Of a stretch of DNA of 64,000 nucleotides, positions 1 to 9,650 are shown one piece after another (the first letter of the stretch is position 1; each line of letters begins with the position of its first letter). This stretch comes from Candidatus Saccharimonadales bacterium (GTDB taxonomy: Bacteria; Patescibacteriota; Saccharimonadia; Saccharimonadales; UBA10212): NCBI GenBank assembly GCA_035717985.1, contig DASTHW010000014.1:17691-81690 (forward strand), in the 5' to 3' direction. The position numbers were made by a program, and so were the translations under genes. The notes under the pieces were generated by a model that saw only the letters and a program-made list of their open reading frames with translations, ran no database searches and was not told the DNA's origin.

Positions 1-1
1 A

Positions 2-724
2 ATTGCCAACTATCCGTTCACTACTCTGCGGCCAAACCTAGGTATGGCCGACATTGACAGCGCTAGCCTTCTGATTGCCGACATCCCCGGATTGATAGAG
101 GGCGCCCACAAAGGCAAGGGTCTAGGCGACGATTTTTTGCGCCATATAGAGCGCACCAGTGTACTCCTGCATCTAATTGATATCTATAATGACGACCCGG
201 TAAAGGCCTACCAGACCATTACCGGCGAGCTCAAAAATTACAAGATTGACCTATCTAAAAAACCGCAAATCGTGGCTCTAACTAAAATCGAGGGTATAGC
301 TAAAGATGATTTATCAGCCAAAGTTAAAGAGTTAAAAAAAGCCGCCGGCCGAGGTACGCCGGTGTTGGCATTGTCCAGCCAGAGCGGCCAAGGTATAAAA
401 CCAGCCCTGCGTGAGCTTAAAAAACAGGCCGATAAGTCTAGGGCGGCTAGGTCTAAGGCGGCTGATGCCAGTCTGCCGGTGATTGGCCTAAAGCCGGACA
501 TAAATACCTGGAAGCTAGAGAGGCAAGGCGATAACTTCTTAGTCACTGGCTCCAAAATCGAGCGTTTTGCCCGGCGGACTGATTTTGCTGACTTTCACGG
601 CCAGGAGCGCCTGCGCGACATTATGCGTAAAATGGGTATCTTTAAGGAGTTAAATCGGCAGGGCGCCAAGTCCGATCAAGCGTTAATTATCGGCCAGCCG
701 GAAATCGGCCGGCTAACCTACTAA
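2..724 (+). CDS. obg: GTPase Obg/CgtA, C-terminal part (5' end lies upstream of the window)
   Basis: Frame is open from nt 2 (IANYPFTTLRPNLG precedes the listed Met). Obg G-domain strings DIPGLIEGAHKGKGLG and LLHLID are followed by an Obg-type C-terminal domain. Confidence 0.9.
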   Translation: MANYPFTTLRPNLGMADIDSASLLIADIPGLIEGAHKGKGLGDDFLRHIERTSVLLHLIDIYNDDPVKAYQTITGELKNYKIDLSKKPQIVALTKIEGIAKDDLSAKVKELKKAAGRGTPVLALSSQSGQGIKPALRELKKQADKSRAARSKAADASLPVIGLKPDINTWKLERQGDNFLVTGSKIERFARRTDFADFHGQERLRDIMRKMGIFKELNRQGAKSDQALIIGQPEIGRLTY

Positions 725-788
725 AAAATATTGACGTTACCTTAAAAAAGGTTAAGCTTAAAGAAGGTAATTTAAAAAGAAAAACAAA

Positions 789-2576
789 ATGGATATCAAT
801 TTAAAAGATTGGTCTTATGTCGGGACCGACCCGCACGGCAATTTTATTTATCGAAATGGAGCTTTAGGTAACCCCAGCACTCGTCAGTTTTACATGAATC
901 CCAAAACCGGCACGGGGCCAGTTTATCAAGGCAGTAATAACGTTATTGGTCAGGGCAAGGCAGAGGGTTTTTCAGCCGCTGGTTCGGGCGGTAGCGACCC
1001 TCAAGACGGCGCGGCGATAGCCGCGGTAAAGAAAAAGCGCTCACTGGTTGATAGGGTTTTAGGCCGGAGGAAAGATGACGGGCCCAAGCTAGCCGTATCT
1101 GCCGGCAATGATTTTACGGATATTGGTAACCCAAAAACCTATTACGGTTCTGACGGCAAGGCTCACCAAGGCCAAGTGGTTTTAATAAACTCAGGTCCGG
1201 ATTCTGGCAAATTCGGTGTTATACCGCAGAGCGGCGGCAGTACTGTACTGTTTGCTGGTGACTCTAGAGAAGCCGCCGATAATTGGCTATCTGCCCGGTC
1301 TCACCCCGATGGCTATAATCCAGGCGCCAACTCGATCCGCCCCATTGGTACGACTACGCAAAGCGGCAATCAATCGTCATCTTTGCCGCAAACCGAGCGC
1401 GATAATCATCGCCCTGGTTTAGGTGCCGGGGCTGAAGCCACCCAAAGGCGCCAAGATGAGGGTCCCGCCCCGCAGACCCCCCCTACCCCTGCGACAGTAG
1501 CTACTGCACCACAGAGCGCACCAACGCCATCTGCGCCAGCTAAGCCGGCCAGCCCGCCAGAGTTTAAGTATGGTAAGAACGGTGATTTACTAGAAAAATC
1601 TTCTGGCGGCGGTAATTGGTACGTGGCCAAGTCAGCCGAAAAAGTAGCGGCCAGCGGATTAGTGTCTGAGCACGGCGGCGGCATGGGGTCAAGTGCGCCC
1701 CCAGCTCCGGATAAACCTACGCCGGTGGCGCCGTTTTATACTGATACCAGTTCTTCAGCTCAATCGTCTCACCAGACAGCCCCAGCGGCGCTTGCCGCTA
1801 CCCCGGAGTGGAAGTCTTCCGGTTTTGATCCTAGCCTCGGTGGCTTGGGCGGCTCCGATTTGTCGAGTCACGGTACAGCTTTAGCGGTCAGAGACAGTAA
1901 GGACGGCTCCAGCATAATTGCCCAGATGAGTGATGGCTCTTATGAGTCTATAAATAAAGTAACCGGTTCTGTCTCTGGCGCCGGCACCTGGGGCGATAGT
2001 AAAGGCGGCGGTACGGCACCGAACGGTATTGGCCCCGGGTCTGTGCCGGCTAGCGGCTCACTAACCGACCAAACTCAGGGCAGTACACCTACACCGCCGG
2101 TTCAAACCGCACCAACACCGGCCGCGCCGGCGGATCAGACACCTACTACTCCATCTGTCACTATGCCGGCCGTCCCGGCTGGCCAAGCTCTGGCTCCGCC
2201 GGTAGTGCCCTCTGTTTCCGCACCGGCTCCTGCCCCTGCTCCGGCTCCTGCTCCGCCAGCCCCGTCTCAACCCGCACCCACCACCCCGTCTTTCTATACA
2301 GATACCAGCTCTTCAGCCCAACCAGCTAAACCGGCACCGGCCTATACTGGCGGCGCCGCACCTGTCAAAGTAGAACACCTTAAAAACGGTGCCACCCTTA
2401 CCACCACAGCCTCCGGTGCCGAGATCGAGCAGATGCCCGGCCATAGTGCCTACCAGGTAAAGGCGCCGGTCATAATTGGCCCGCGGGCCCTGGATGACTC
2501 CAGCTCAGCTAACGCCGGTGCTGTAGTAGCGCCGCCCCGTCAAATACACTACGGCGGCCGAATGTTAGAAGAATAA
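789..2576 (+). CDS. Hypothetical low-complexity Pro/Ala/Ser/Gly/Thr-rich protein (595 aa)
   Basis: Long uninterrupted ORF with an (AP)n run and a duplicated FYTDTSSSAQ block. No catalytic motif recognised. Confidence 0.6.
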   Translation: MDINLKDWSYVGTDPHGNFIYRNGALGNPSTRQFYMNPKTGTGPVYQGSNNVIGQGKAEGFSAAGSGGSDPQDGAAIAAVKKKRSLVDRVLGRRKDDGPKLAVSAGNDFTDIGNPKTYYGSDGKAHQGQVVLINSGPDSGKFGVIPQSGGSTVLFAGDSREAADNWLSARSHPDGYNPGANSIRPIGTTTQSGNQSSSLPQTERDNHRPGLGAGAEATQRRQDEGPAPQTPPTPATVATAPQSAPTPSAPAKPASPPEFKYGKNGDLLEKSSGGGNWYVAKSAEKVAASGLVSEHGGGMGSSAPPAPDKPTPVAPFYTDTSSSAQSSHQTAPAALAATPEWKSSGFDPSLGGLGGSDLSSHGTALAVRDSKDGSSIIAQMSDGSYESINKVTGSVSGAGTWGDSKGGGTAPNGIGPGSVPASGSLTDQTQGSTPTPPVQTAPTPAAPADQTPTTPSVTMPAVPAGQALAPPVVPSVSAPAPAPAPAPAPPAPSQPAPTTPSFYTDTSSSAQPAKPAPAYTGGAAPVKVEHLKNGATLTTTASGAEIEQMPGHSAYQVKAPVIIGPRALDDSSSANAGAVVAPPRQIHYGGRMLEE

Positions 2577-2580
2577 AAAT

Positions 2581-4644
2581 CTAGTGATTGATGTAAACGG
2601 TGCCGTCTTCGGCCGGCTTGCTAGATTTTAGGGATTGTTCCAGCCGGGCGTTCTCGGTTTCTAGTTGAGCCAGCCTTTGTTTCTGGCGGGCCAGCAGTTC
2701 TTCTTCGGCCTGCTGGGCTTGTTTTTTAGCGCTGTTTAACGCCGCATCCTCGCCGCTATTGATGGTGGCCAGGTAGGCGTCTATGCCGCCCAAGGAGTTA
2801 ACATCAATCAAATGGCCGCCGTCGAGTACATAAATGACATCCATCAAGCTAAGCAGGGCTTTGCGGTGCGTCACCATCAGCACGGTTTTGCCGGCAATCA
2901 GCTGACCGATTGAGTCTCTGATAAAGTTCTCGCTTTTACTATCCAGCGCGGCGGTTGGCTCGTCCATGCAGATAATCTTGGAATTTTTAATCAGCCCGCG
3001 GGCGATGGCAATCCGCTGGCGCTGGCCGCCGGATAGGGCGCTACCGCCTTCGCCTACACCGGTTTGCAGGCCTAGCGGTAATCGATCGGTAAACTCTTTA
3101 ACGTTGGCTACAGCAATAACCGATTCGATTTCCGGCATGGTAATTTGCCTATAAACGTCGCCGTCCAGCAGATTATCCAGCACTGTGCCGGAGAATAACT
3201 GCGGCGTTTGGCTTATCCAAGCGATATTTTGCCTTAGCTCCTTTAGAGATACCGACTGAACATCAACATTATCAATTAATACCCGCCCGGCCGTAGGCTC
3301 TATGAATAAAGGCAGTAGCTCTAAAATTGTGCTTTTGCCGGCGCCGCTGGGGCCAATGATGGCCGCTTTTTGGCCGGGCTCGATAACTAGGTTTACATTG
3401 CTCAACACCATGGTGTCACCATAGCTATAGCTGACATTTTGAAATTCTATCCGGCCAGAGGTTATCGGCAGATGATTTTCGCCGCGCAGTTCTTCCACAC
3501 CCTCGTGGTCGCTTAAAACTTCGTAAACCCGGCTGACGTCAACCAGTTTTTGATTGCGGGCGGCGATTTCGGTAGCCAGTGTCTCTACGGGCCCTAGAAG
3601 GTAGCCCATATAAGTCATAAAAATTAGTAGCTGGCCCAAGGTCATTTCAGCGTTTAAGGCCGCTGAACCGCCCAGGTACATAACGGCTGAAGTGCCTAAG
3701 ATAATCAGTAGGCTGTTGGTAGATTGGTAAAAATGGCTCAGCACCATACCTTTGCGCGTTAGCCAATAGCTTTTCCACCACAGCTGGTTAACCTTCTCCA
3801 TCTGTTTCTCTTCCAGATTAAAAGACTGTACGGTTTCAGCGTTATCAACCGACTCGGTGATGCTAGCCGAGGTTTTGGTATTAACCTGCGAAATCTGTTG
3901 GGCTAGCCGGCCCAGCGGCGGGCCAAAGACCCTTATCAAAAGAAATAAAAACGGAATGACAATGACGCTGATAATAGTCAGACCAAAATTAAAGGTCATC
4001 ATTATAGCTATAATTCCCAAAATCATGACTATTGATTGGATGATGCTGGAAGTGGTATCCAGCACCAGGCCGCCCAGGCTGTTAGTTAAGATATTCTGGC
4101 GGTAAATGTAGTCGCCCTTAGCCAACCGCTCTTGGTGGTGGAGCGGCAAATGCAGGATGTGCCGAAATGACTCGGCTTTGATGTCCCGGTTTAGCCAAAA
4201 GCTGAGCCTAAGAACCACGAAGTCGTGAAGTAGGCCAAAAACGGCACTCAAAATGAAGATTAAAATCGTCAGCAGGGATGTGATTAAGATTAGCTTGGGG
4301 GTGTGAGTATACTGCGCTAACGGCCCTGGAGCCTTGATATTGCCGAAGGCAGAGTCCACCATGATTTTAGTCGGCCAAGGTTTAAGCAGGGTAGTGGCTG
4401 ATAAAACTACGCCCATCGCCGAGACGGCCACTACCGCCGGCAATGCTTTATGGCGGTAACGGGCCAGCCACTGTTTAAAATCGGTTTTCTTTTGCAGGCG
4501 GCCGTGGGCGTTTAGCCAGGCGTTTAAGGCCTCGTTGACTAAAGTTTCCGGCCAGCCGGCCCGTTGGAGGGAAGCCGCAATATACTGCGGCGGCGTGCCG
4601 CTGGCGATAGCACGCTCAATGGCCTCGTAGATTTGGGGCATCAT
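2581..4644 (-). CDS. ABC exporter, fused permease/ATPase, with extra N-terminal soluble region and C-terminal coiled-coil tail
   Basis: Walker A GPSGAGKST, signature LSGGQRQR, Walker B IICMDEPTAALD, multi-TM N-half. Tail reads QQAEEELLARQKQRLAQLETENARLEQ. Confidence 0.9.
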   Translation of the reverse strand: MMPQIYEAIERAIASGTPPQYIAASLQRAGWPETLVNEALNAWLNAHGRLQKKTDFKQWLARYRHKALPAVVAVSAMGVVLSATTLLKPWPTKIMVDSAFGNIKAPGPLAQYTHTPKLILITSLLTILIFILSAVFGLLHDFVVLRLSFWLNRDIKAESFRHILHLPLHHQERLAKGDYIYRQNILTNSLGGLVLDTTSSIIQSIVMILGIIAIMMTFNFGLTIISVIVIPFLFLLIRVFGPPLGRLAQQISQVNTKTSASITESVDNAETVQSFNLEEKQMEKVNQLWWKSYWLTRKGMVLSHFYQSTNSLLIILGTSAVMYLGGSAALNAEMTLGQLLIFMTYMGYLLGPVETLATEIAARNQKLVDVSRVYEVLSDHEGVEELRGENHLPITSGRIEFQNVSYSYGDTMVLSNVNLVIEPGQKAAIIGPSGAGKSTILELLPLFIEPTAGRVLIDNVDVQSVSLKELRQNIAWISQTPQLFSGTVLDNLLDGDVYRQITMPEIESVIAVANVKEFTDRLPLGLQTGVGEGGSALSGGQRQRIAIARGLIKNSKIICMDEPTAALDSKSENFIRDSIGQLIAGKTVLMVTHRKALLSLMDVIYVLDGGHLIDVNSLGGIDAYLATINSGEDAALNSAKKQAQQAEEELLARQKQRLAQLETENARLEQSLKSSKPAEDGTVYINH

Positions 4645-4730
4645 GGGCGGAAGGTCCCTCTTAGCATTAGCGTTATTATATCTGAAGACAGGCCGCTAAA
4701 GAATGCCCAAATTAGCTAGTAGTGCGGAGA

Positions 4731-5468
4731 CTAAATCTCAAATTCAGCCAAAATCGGCAAATGGTCGGAAAATTTGGTCGAAATAATCTGGCTGGATAAA
4801 ACTTTGATATCCGGCGTAGTGAAAATATAGTCGACCCGCCAATCCAGCCCCTTAACGTCGAAACCGAGAAATGAAAACGGGATGGTGCTAAAGCTGGGCT
4901 CGGTCTCATCCGGTCCGGCCGAGACAAAACGGCTCTTCAGCTCTTTTATAATTTTGGTGTCTTTGGTGGAGTTAAAATCGCCGGTTATGACGAAGCGGGA
5001 CTTCTGGGTGCCTACGGCGGTCATTAACTTTTGCAGTTGGGCCAGCCTATCGGGCGTGTCGGCAAAATTAGGCGCGAAGGATAGGTGCGTAGTGCCGACG
5101 GTAAGCGGCCGGCCTTCAATGTTAACTACTGCTTCTACGTAGATTCGCTGTTCGCTCTTATTATTGGACGTTGGGTTAGGGCCGCTCCATAATTCAACTT
5201 TTTTCTTGGCCGTCATGGGGAAGTTAGAAAATATGCCGTTACCTAGGTTTAGTTCCTCGCCGGAGGCGCCCAGTATGTTAGCCGGCTCAAAATAATGCTC
5301 AGCAAACATTTGCGCCAATTGGGTAAGTGCATGATTGGAGTGCGCGCCCTCACCGCCAAGCTCTTGAACGCAGAGGATGTCGGGCTTAATTTCTTTAACT
5401 AGCGAGGCAATATTCTCGGCCTTTTCTTCGTACAAAATGTTCCAGTGTAGTAAGCTTACAGTTTTCAT
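4731..5468 (-). CDS. Endonuclease/exonuclease/phosphatase (EEP) family protein
   Basis: N-terminal WNILYE...LCVQE and C-terminal SDHLPI strings are typical of the EEP fold. Confidence 0.8.
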   Translation of the reverse strand: MKTVSLLHWNILYEEKAENIASLVKEIKPDILCVQELGGEGAHSNHALTQLAQMFAEHYFEPANILGASGEELNLGNGIFSNFPMTAKKKVELWSGPNPTSNNKSEQRIYVEAVVNIEGRPLTVGTTHLSFAPNFADTPDRLAQLQKLMTAVGTQKSRFVITGDFNSTKDTKIIKELKSRFVSAGPDETEPSFSTIPFSFLGFDVKGLDWRVDYIFTTPDIKVLSSQIISTKFSDHLPILAEFEI

Positions 5469-5490
5469 AGCTGGTATTATAACCTTTGAT

Positions 5491-6954
5491 GTGAGCAGTT
5501 TTTATTTTTATGATTTAGAGACTAGCGGTGTGAGTCCGCGCCGCGACCGCGTTATGCAGTTTGCCGGCCAGCGCACCAACCGCGACTTAAAGCCCATCGG
5601 CCAGCCGGATAATTTCTTAATTAAGCTGACGGCGGATATTTTGCCGGACCCGTACGCTGTTTTAATTACCGGTATAACACCTCAGCAAACTTTGGCTAGC
5701 GGCATAACCGAGGCCCAATTTCTCCGCCACTTTACAGATAAAATTGCCACGTCCGACACTATCATCCTGGGCTTTAACAATGTGCGGTTTGATGATGAGT
5801 TTATGCGCTTTATGCTGTGGCGCAATTTTTACGATGCCTACGAGTGGCAATGGAAAGATGGCTGTTCGCGCTGGGACTTGCTGGATTTAGTGCGCATGAC
5901 GCGGGCCCTACGCCCCGACGGCATCAAGTGGCCGTACGCGCCCGATGGCAAGCCTACCAACCGCCTGGAATTTCTAAGCGCCGTCAATAAACTGACGCAC
6001 ATCAACCCGCATGACGCACTTAGCGATGTGATGGCCGCCATTGATGTGGCCCGGCTGATTAAAGCTAAACAGCCTAAACTGTTTGATTACCTGCTTAATG
6101 TAAGAGGCAAACAAAAAGCCGCGGCCCTAGTGGGCCGCGGCGAGCCATTAATCTATACCAGCGGCAAATATTCTTCTGAACATGCACACACCACGCTGGC
6201 CGTAAAGATAGCCGACCACCCGGACCGGAGCGCGGCCATTGTCTACGACCTTCGCATTGATCCGAAAGACTTTGCTGAATTATCGCCAAAAGAGCTAGCC
6301 GAAAAATGGAGCGCCTACGGCAAAGACGCACCGTACTTCCCAGCCAAGGTCCTAGCTTATAATAGGTGTCCGGCTGTGGCGCCGGCTAACGTGCTGGATG
6401 CTAAAAGCGCCAAACGCCTGGATTTGTCAGAGGCTAAAATCGCCAAACACTTAAAGGCCTTGCCGGAGGATTTTGGTGATAAATTAGTGCGGGCGTTGGA
6501 ACTTATAAATAAAGAGCGCCAGACCGAGATGGTGGTTGACCCGGCCAAAGTCGATGAACAGCTGTATGACGGTTTTGTGAATGGTGCTGACAAGCTAAAA
6601 ATGAGTGCCGTCCGGGCGGCTAGTGCCGAAGCGATTGACGGTCTTCACATTGATTTTAATGATGATAGGTTAAATGCGCTTCTGCCGCTCTATAAAGCCA
6701 GAAACTTCCCAGCCAGTCTTCAGCCGGATGAAAAGGCGGCCTGGGATAAATTTAAAACACAAAAACTAACTGGCGGTAAAGTTGACTTGCTGGCGCAATA
6801 TTTCAAAAAACTGGATGAACTTAGTAGTAGGCCCGCTCTAGCGGACGCCGAAAAATTCGTTCTTGAGGAACTTCGGCAATACGGGGGGTCGGTGAAACCA
6901 GCCAGCTGGCGCCCAGCCGCCCCAGCCGCCACCAAGCGCGGTGGCGCAAAATAA
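5491..6954 (+). CDS. sbcB: Exodeoxyribonuclease I
   Basis: DEDDh exonuclease motifs FYFYDLETSG, GFNNVRFDDEF and HDALSDV with an ExoI-like length. The listed start 5377 overlaps the divergent EEP gene. An in-frame GTG at 5491 sits just before the conserved N-terminus; start uncertain. Confidence 0.85.
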   Translation: MSSFYFYDLETSGVSPRRDRVMQFAGQRTNRDLKPIGQPDNFLIKLTADILPDPYAVLITGITPQQTLASGITEAQFLRHFTDKIATSDTIILGFNNVRFDDEFMRFMLWRNFYDAYEWQWKDGCSRWDLLDLVRMTRALRPDGIKWPYAPDGKPTNRLEFLSAVNKLTHINPHDALSDVMAAIDVARLIKAKQPKLFDYLLNVRGKQKAAALVGRGEPLIYTSGKYSSEHAHTTLAVKIADHPDRSAAIVYDLRIDPKDFAELSPKELAEKWSAYGKDAPYFPAKVLAYNRCPAVAPANVLDAKSAKRLDLSEAKIAKHLKALPEDFGDKLVRALELINKERQTEMVVDPAKVDEQLYDGFVNGADKLKMSAVRAASAEAIDGLHIDFNDDRLNALLPLYKARNFPASLQPDEKAAWDKFKTQKLTGGKVDLLAQYFKKLDELSSRPALADAEKFVLEELRQYGGSVKPASWRPAAPAATKRGGAK

Positions 6955-7108
6955 TCAGCCCATATGGTGCGTGAGTTATCCTAAAAACCAGGTGCCGGCG
7001 CCGAATAATTATCAGGCAAAAAGCTAGCAGGACCAGCAAAATTTCCGAGAAACTTAAGGTTAGATTAGTGTCCGGAACCTGACCTAAAACCAGCAAATAC
7101 TCCAGCAC
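6821..7108 (-). CDS. Small membrane-anchored protein, N-terminal paralog of the upstream Arg-rich protein
   Basis: GTG start at 7108 with GGGAGG 5 nt upstream. N-terminus MLEYLLVLGQVPDTNLTLSFSEILLVLLAF aligns with MLDFLLILGRVPGTGFYLTFDELMLVFLAI of 7065..7649. The 3' part is antisense to the sbcB end. Confidence 0.5.
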   Translation of the reverse strand: MLEYLLVLGQVPDTNLTLSFSEILLVLLAFCLIIIRRRHLVFRITHAPYGLIILRHRAWWRLGRLGASWLVSPTPRIAEVPQERIFRRPLERAYY

Positions 7109-7649
7109 GGAGGCCTCCCAGGCTGACGCCCAGCCGTTTATTGAGCCGATTTAATTTACGATTAGCCCGTCGCCTGGCCCGCAGAATATTCTCCTGGCGG
7201 CGTCTGACACTGCGGCGGATAAGCATCTTAGCTCGGCGGTATTTACGCCTCGGCAAGATATAGACAGCGAATATGACTGCCCGCCGGGCACGGCGGATTC
7301 GAAATAGGGTTCGGCGCTTAAACCGCCTAAGCGCCAGGCAGGCGGCAATGACTGTGCCCCGGTAAGCCCTCTTTATAGCCATACGGATGTGGCGTTTTTG
7401 GCGGCGCTCCCAGACGGCCAGGCGGTAACGGCGAAGTTTGATAAAGGTGCGGGTTATCCGGCGGTACCGGCGGTAGTTGACACCGGCCCGGCGGCGGGCC
7501 CACTTTAGCCAGCGTACAATCTGGCGGTGACGGATTTTCTCTTCTTGGTACAAAGCAATGGCCAGAAAAACCAGCATTAACTCATCAAAGGTGAGGTAAA
7601 AACCGGTGCCGGGTACCCGGCCCAATATCAATAGAAAGTCCAGCATCAC
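7065..7649 (-). CDS. Membrane-anchored, extremely Arg/Lys-rich protein (194 aa)
   Basis: One N-terminal hydrophobic helix followed by about 150 aa dominated by R/K (RRRAGVNYRRYRR..., RRARR..., RRSVRRRQ...). No known family recognised. Confidence 0.6.
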   Translation of the reverse strand: MMLDFLLILGRVPGTGFYLTFDELMLVFLAIALYQEEKIRHRQIVRWLKWARRRAGVNYRRYRRITRTFIKLRRYRLAVWERRQKRHIRMAIKRAYRGTVIAACLALRRFKRRTLFRIRRARRAVIFAVYILPRRKYRRAKMLIRRSVRRRQENILRARRRANRKLNRLNKRLGVSLGGLRAGVFAGFRSGSGH

Positions 7650-7805
7650 TCCTCCTTTATCCGCTTAGATTATTTGACGGATAAGCTGGCTATTACTTTT
7701 TAGCGCCCATGCTTTAATAGGATTTTAACACTTAGTTGCTCTTTTTTCAATATTAATATCTGGCTAAGACGCTTATTGTTTTTGATTTCACTTGTGGATA
7801 AAGCT

Positions 7806-7834
7806 TTGACAGGGGTGGTTAAGTTAGAGATAAT
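7806..7834 (+). promoter_or_regulatory. Sigma70-type promoter TTGACA-N17-GATAAT
   Basis: TTGACA at 7806-7811, a 17-nt spacer, GATAAT at 7829-7834. It implies the downstream gene starts at 7872, not 7776. Confidence 0.6.
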
Positions 7835-7871
7835 CATGCTAAAGCTAAAAAAACAAAAAGAGGAAAACAAA

Positions 7872-9650
7872 ATGGCCGATGAAAAAGATCCTAACCAAGC
7901 TCCGCCACCTAACGAACTGTTAACACCGGCCGAACCCCCACAGGCTCAGCCAGGGGAGGTTGTTGGCCCCCAGCAGTATGCTGGCGAAGATGAGGTTCAA
8001 GCCGCCCAGCCCGATCCTTACCAGGGCAACGATGAGCATTCTATGCAGGCCGCCCGAGACGGCATGCCCGGCTTCGAGGCTGTACCAGGGGATATGGGCA
8101 CCACAGCCCAAGGTCTGGGTAATGTTGCCGCCAGTGGCGCCACCAAGATTCCCGTCACAGACGGAAATGTCTTGCCGCCCCAGCCTACAGCCGAGCAACA
8201 ACAGACTTGGGATGAAGGACGCGCCCAAAACCAGCAGGAATGGGAAAAAATCGCCGAAGAGCGTAATAAATCCAGGGGCCTAATTGGTAGGCATCGCGAC
8301 GGTGCGCCCACGGCCATGGACGTAGCACATGAAGAGGCGCTGAAGCTAGATGATGGTATAGATTCAAGACTGATGACCGGGCGTGAGCAGAAGTTCGACA
8401 CTGATGTGCCTTACGATGAACGAGAGCCTATCACCACCAGGCAAGAAATGGTCAATACCCTTGAATCTGAAAAGAGGCTGGGCTCTGTATTCAATCCAAA
8501 AAGGAATTACGATATTTGGGACAAAAATCGAAACTGGGCCAGAAACCAAGAGAGACTTGATACTAAAATGGCACCCATCATTCAAGAAATAAGCTCGGCG
8601 CTTGCGAACGGAGAATTTGATGCGGCAGGGGAGGCTTACTTGCCTTACACATTCGAACTGAGAGATTATATCGAGCGAAAAATCAGCCCACAGTTATCTG
8701 AACTGGCCAGCCGGCTAATAATAGAAGGTAATTCACCTAAACTTGCAGAATTGCTACAGACACCTTTCGGATTAATGCTGTTTCGAGAAAATCTAAAGGT
8801 AAGTGACGAGCAGTTAAGGGCTCCGGAGATAATTAAAGTTGTAACTAATAGAGCCGCGGAGTTCATTAAAAACACGTTTGATCGTAATGACCCCGAGCGC
8901 GCCGGTGGGACAGGCATGATATTCAGATTGGAAAATCGGCTTAAAGCTTTATCTAATATCGGCGCGATGAATCTGGGCGAGATCCTGGAAGCGCCGCAGA
9001 CCAGGTTAGCTGCGGTCGATGCCGTCGTGGACTGGGGCATATTATACGACCGAGGCAAGCCAGCTCCCCCTGAAGGCTGGTGGCCGGTGGAACAGTTTGC
9101 CAAGTTAGGGCTTACATCACCAGAGGAAATTGCAAACTCTCACCAATACAAAGAAGTCGTAAAACAGGAAGTCCTAAAGCAGGTAAGCAGCGCTAACCCA
9201 CAGAATGAAAGATATGGACGCGAGCCAAGCGTCCATAAATTCAAAAGTGTTTTTGTCAAAATAGATAAGTGGGGGGTAAACGCCAAGGAGGTGGCAAGCT
9301 GGTCGGAAACCAAAGAGGCGGTAGAAAAGTTTTTTGCCTCTGCTACCGAAGAGATGGCTGGCATTAGGGAGAACTGGGGAATTGAATACAGTGAAAATGC
9401 CTTTAACGGATACTTAGAGAAACTCAAGACGTTAGAACAGGCGGGATTGGTAACCCAAGAAGACATATTGGCGCACAGTGAATTCGTAAAAGCAATGCAA
9501 GCCAGGCTCACTGCGATAAGAGAAAATGCCGAAGCCAGGAAAGAAGCCTCACTTGAACAGAGCAGGCGGCTTAGAGAAAACGCGGACAAGCCCGTCAAGA
9601 AATACGAAATGATGGCTGAAGCCGGCAGAGAGATTGGCCTAGCCGCCTAG
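7872..9650 (+). CDS. Hypothetical protein (acidic/Pro-rich N-terminus, helical C-terminal two-thirds)
   Basis: ATG at 7872 is preceded by AAAGAGGAAAACAAA and lies downstream of the predicted promoter. Long ORF with no recognisable family. Confidence 0.65.
   Translation: MADEKDPNQAPPPNELLTPAEPPQAQPGEVVGPQQYAGEDEVQAAQPDPYQGNDEHSMQAARDGMPGFEAVPGDMGTTAQGLGNVAASGATKIPVTDGNVLPPQPTAEQQQTWDEGRAQNQQEWEKIAEERNKSRGLIGRHRDGAPTAMDVAHEEALKLDDGIDSRLMTGREQKFDTDVPYDEREPITTRQEMVNTLESEKRLGSVFNPKRNYDIWDKNRNWARNQERLDTKMAPIIQEISSALANGEFDAAGEAYLPYTFELRDYIERKISPQLSELASRLIIEGNSPKLAELLQTPFGLMLFRENLKVSDEQLRAPEIIKVVTNRAAEFIKNTFDRNDPERAGGTGMIFRLENRLKALSNIGAMNLGEILEAPQTRLAAVDAVVDWGILYDRGKPAPPEGWWPVEQFAKLGLTSPEEIANSHQYKEVVKQEVLKQVSSANPQNERYGREPSVHKFKSVFVKIDKWGVNAKEVASWSETKEAVEKFFASATEEMAGIRENWGIEYSENAFNGYLEKLKTLEQAGLVTQEDILAHSEFVKAMQARLTAIRENAEARKEASLEQSRRLRENADKPVKKYEMMAEAGREIGLAA

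Noticed and set aside
2210-2270. Short tandem GCN-CCN repeats as a possible CRISPR array or satellite
   Set aside because: It is in-frame coding for an (AP)n tract with no spacer structure. No CRISPR array exists anywhere in the window.
1700-2330. Duplicated FYTDTSSSAQ-coding segments as a possible DGR template/variable repeat pair
   Set aside because: There is no reverse transcriptase or accessory gene in the window. The differences are not adenine-specific and both copies lie inside one ORF.
5377-5490. N-terminal extensions of listed ORFs (also 7776, 9767, 29797, 35633, 45560, 63545)
   Set aside because: The upstream in-frame starts overlap neighbouring genes, tRNAs or predicted promoters and precede the conserved N-termini. 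Internal starts were chosen instead.
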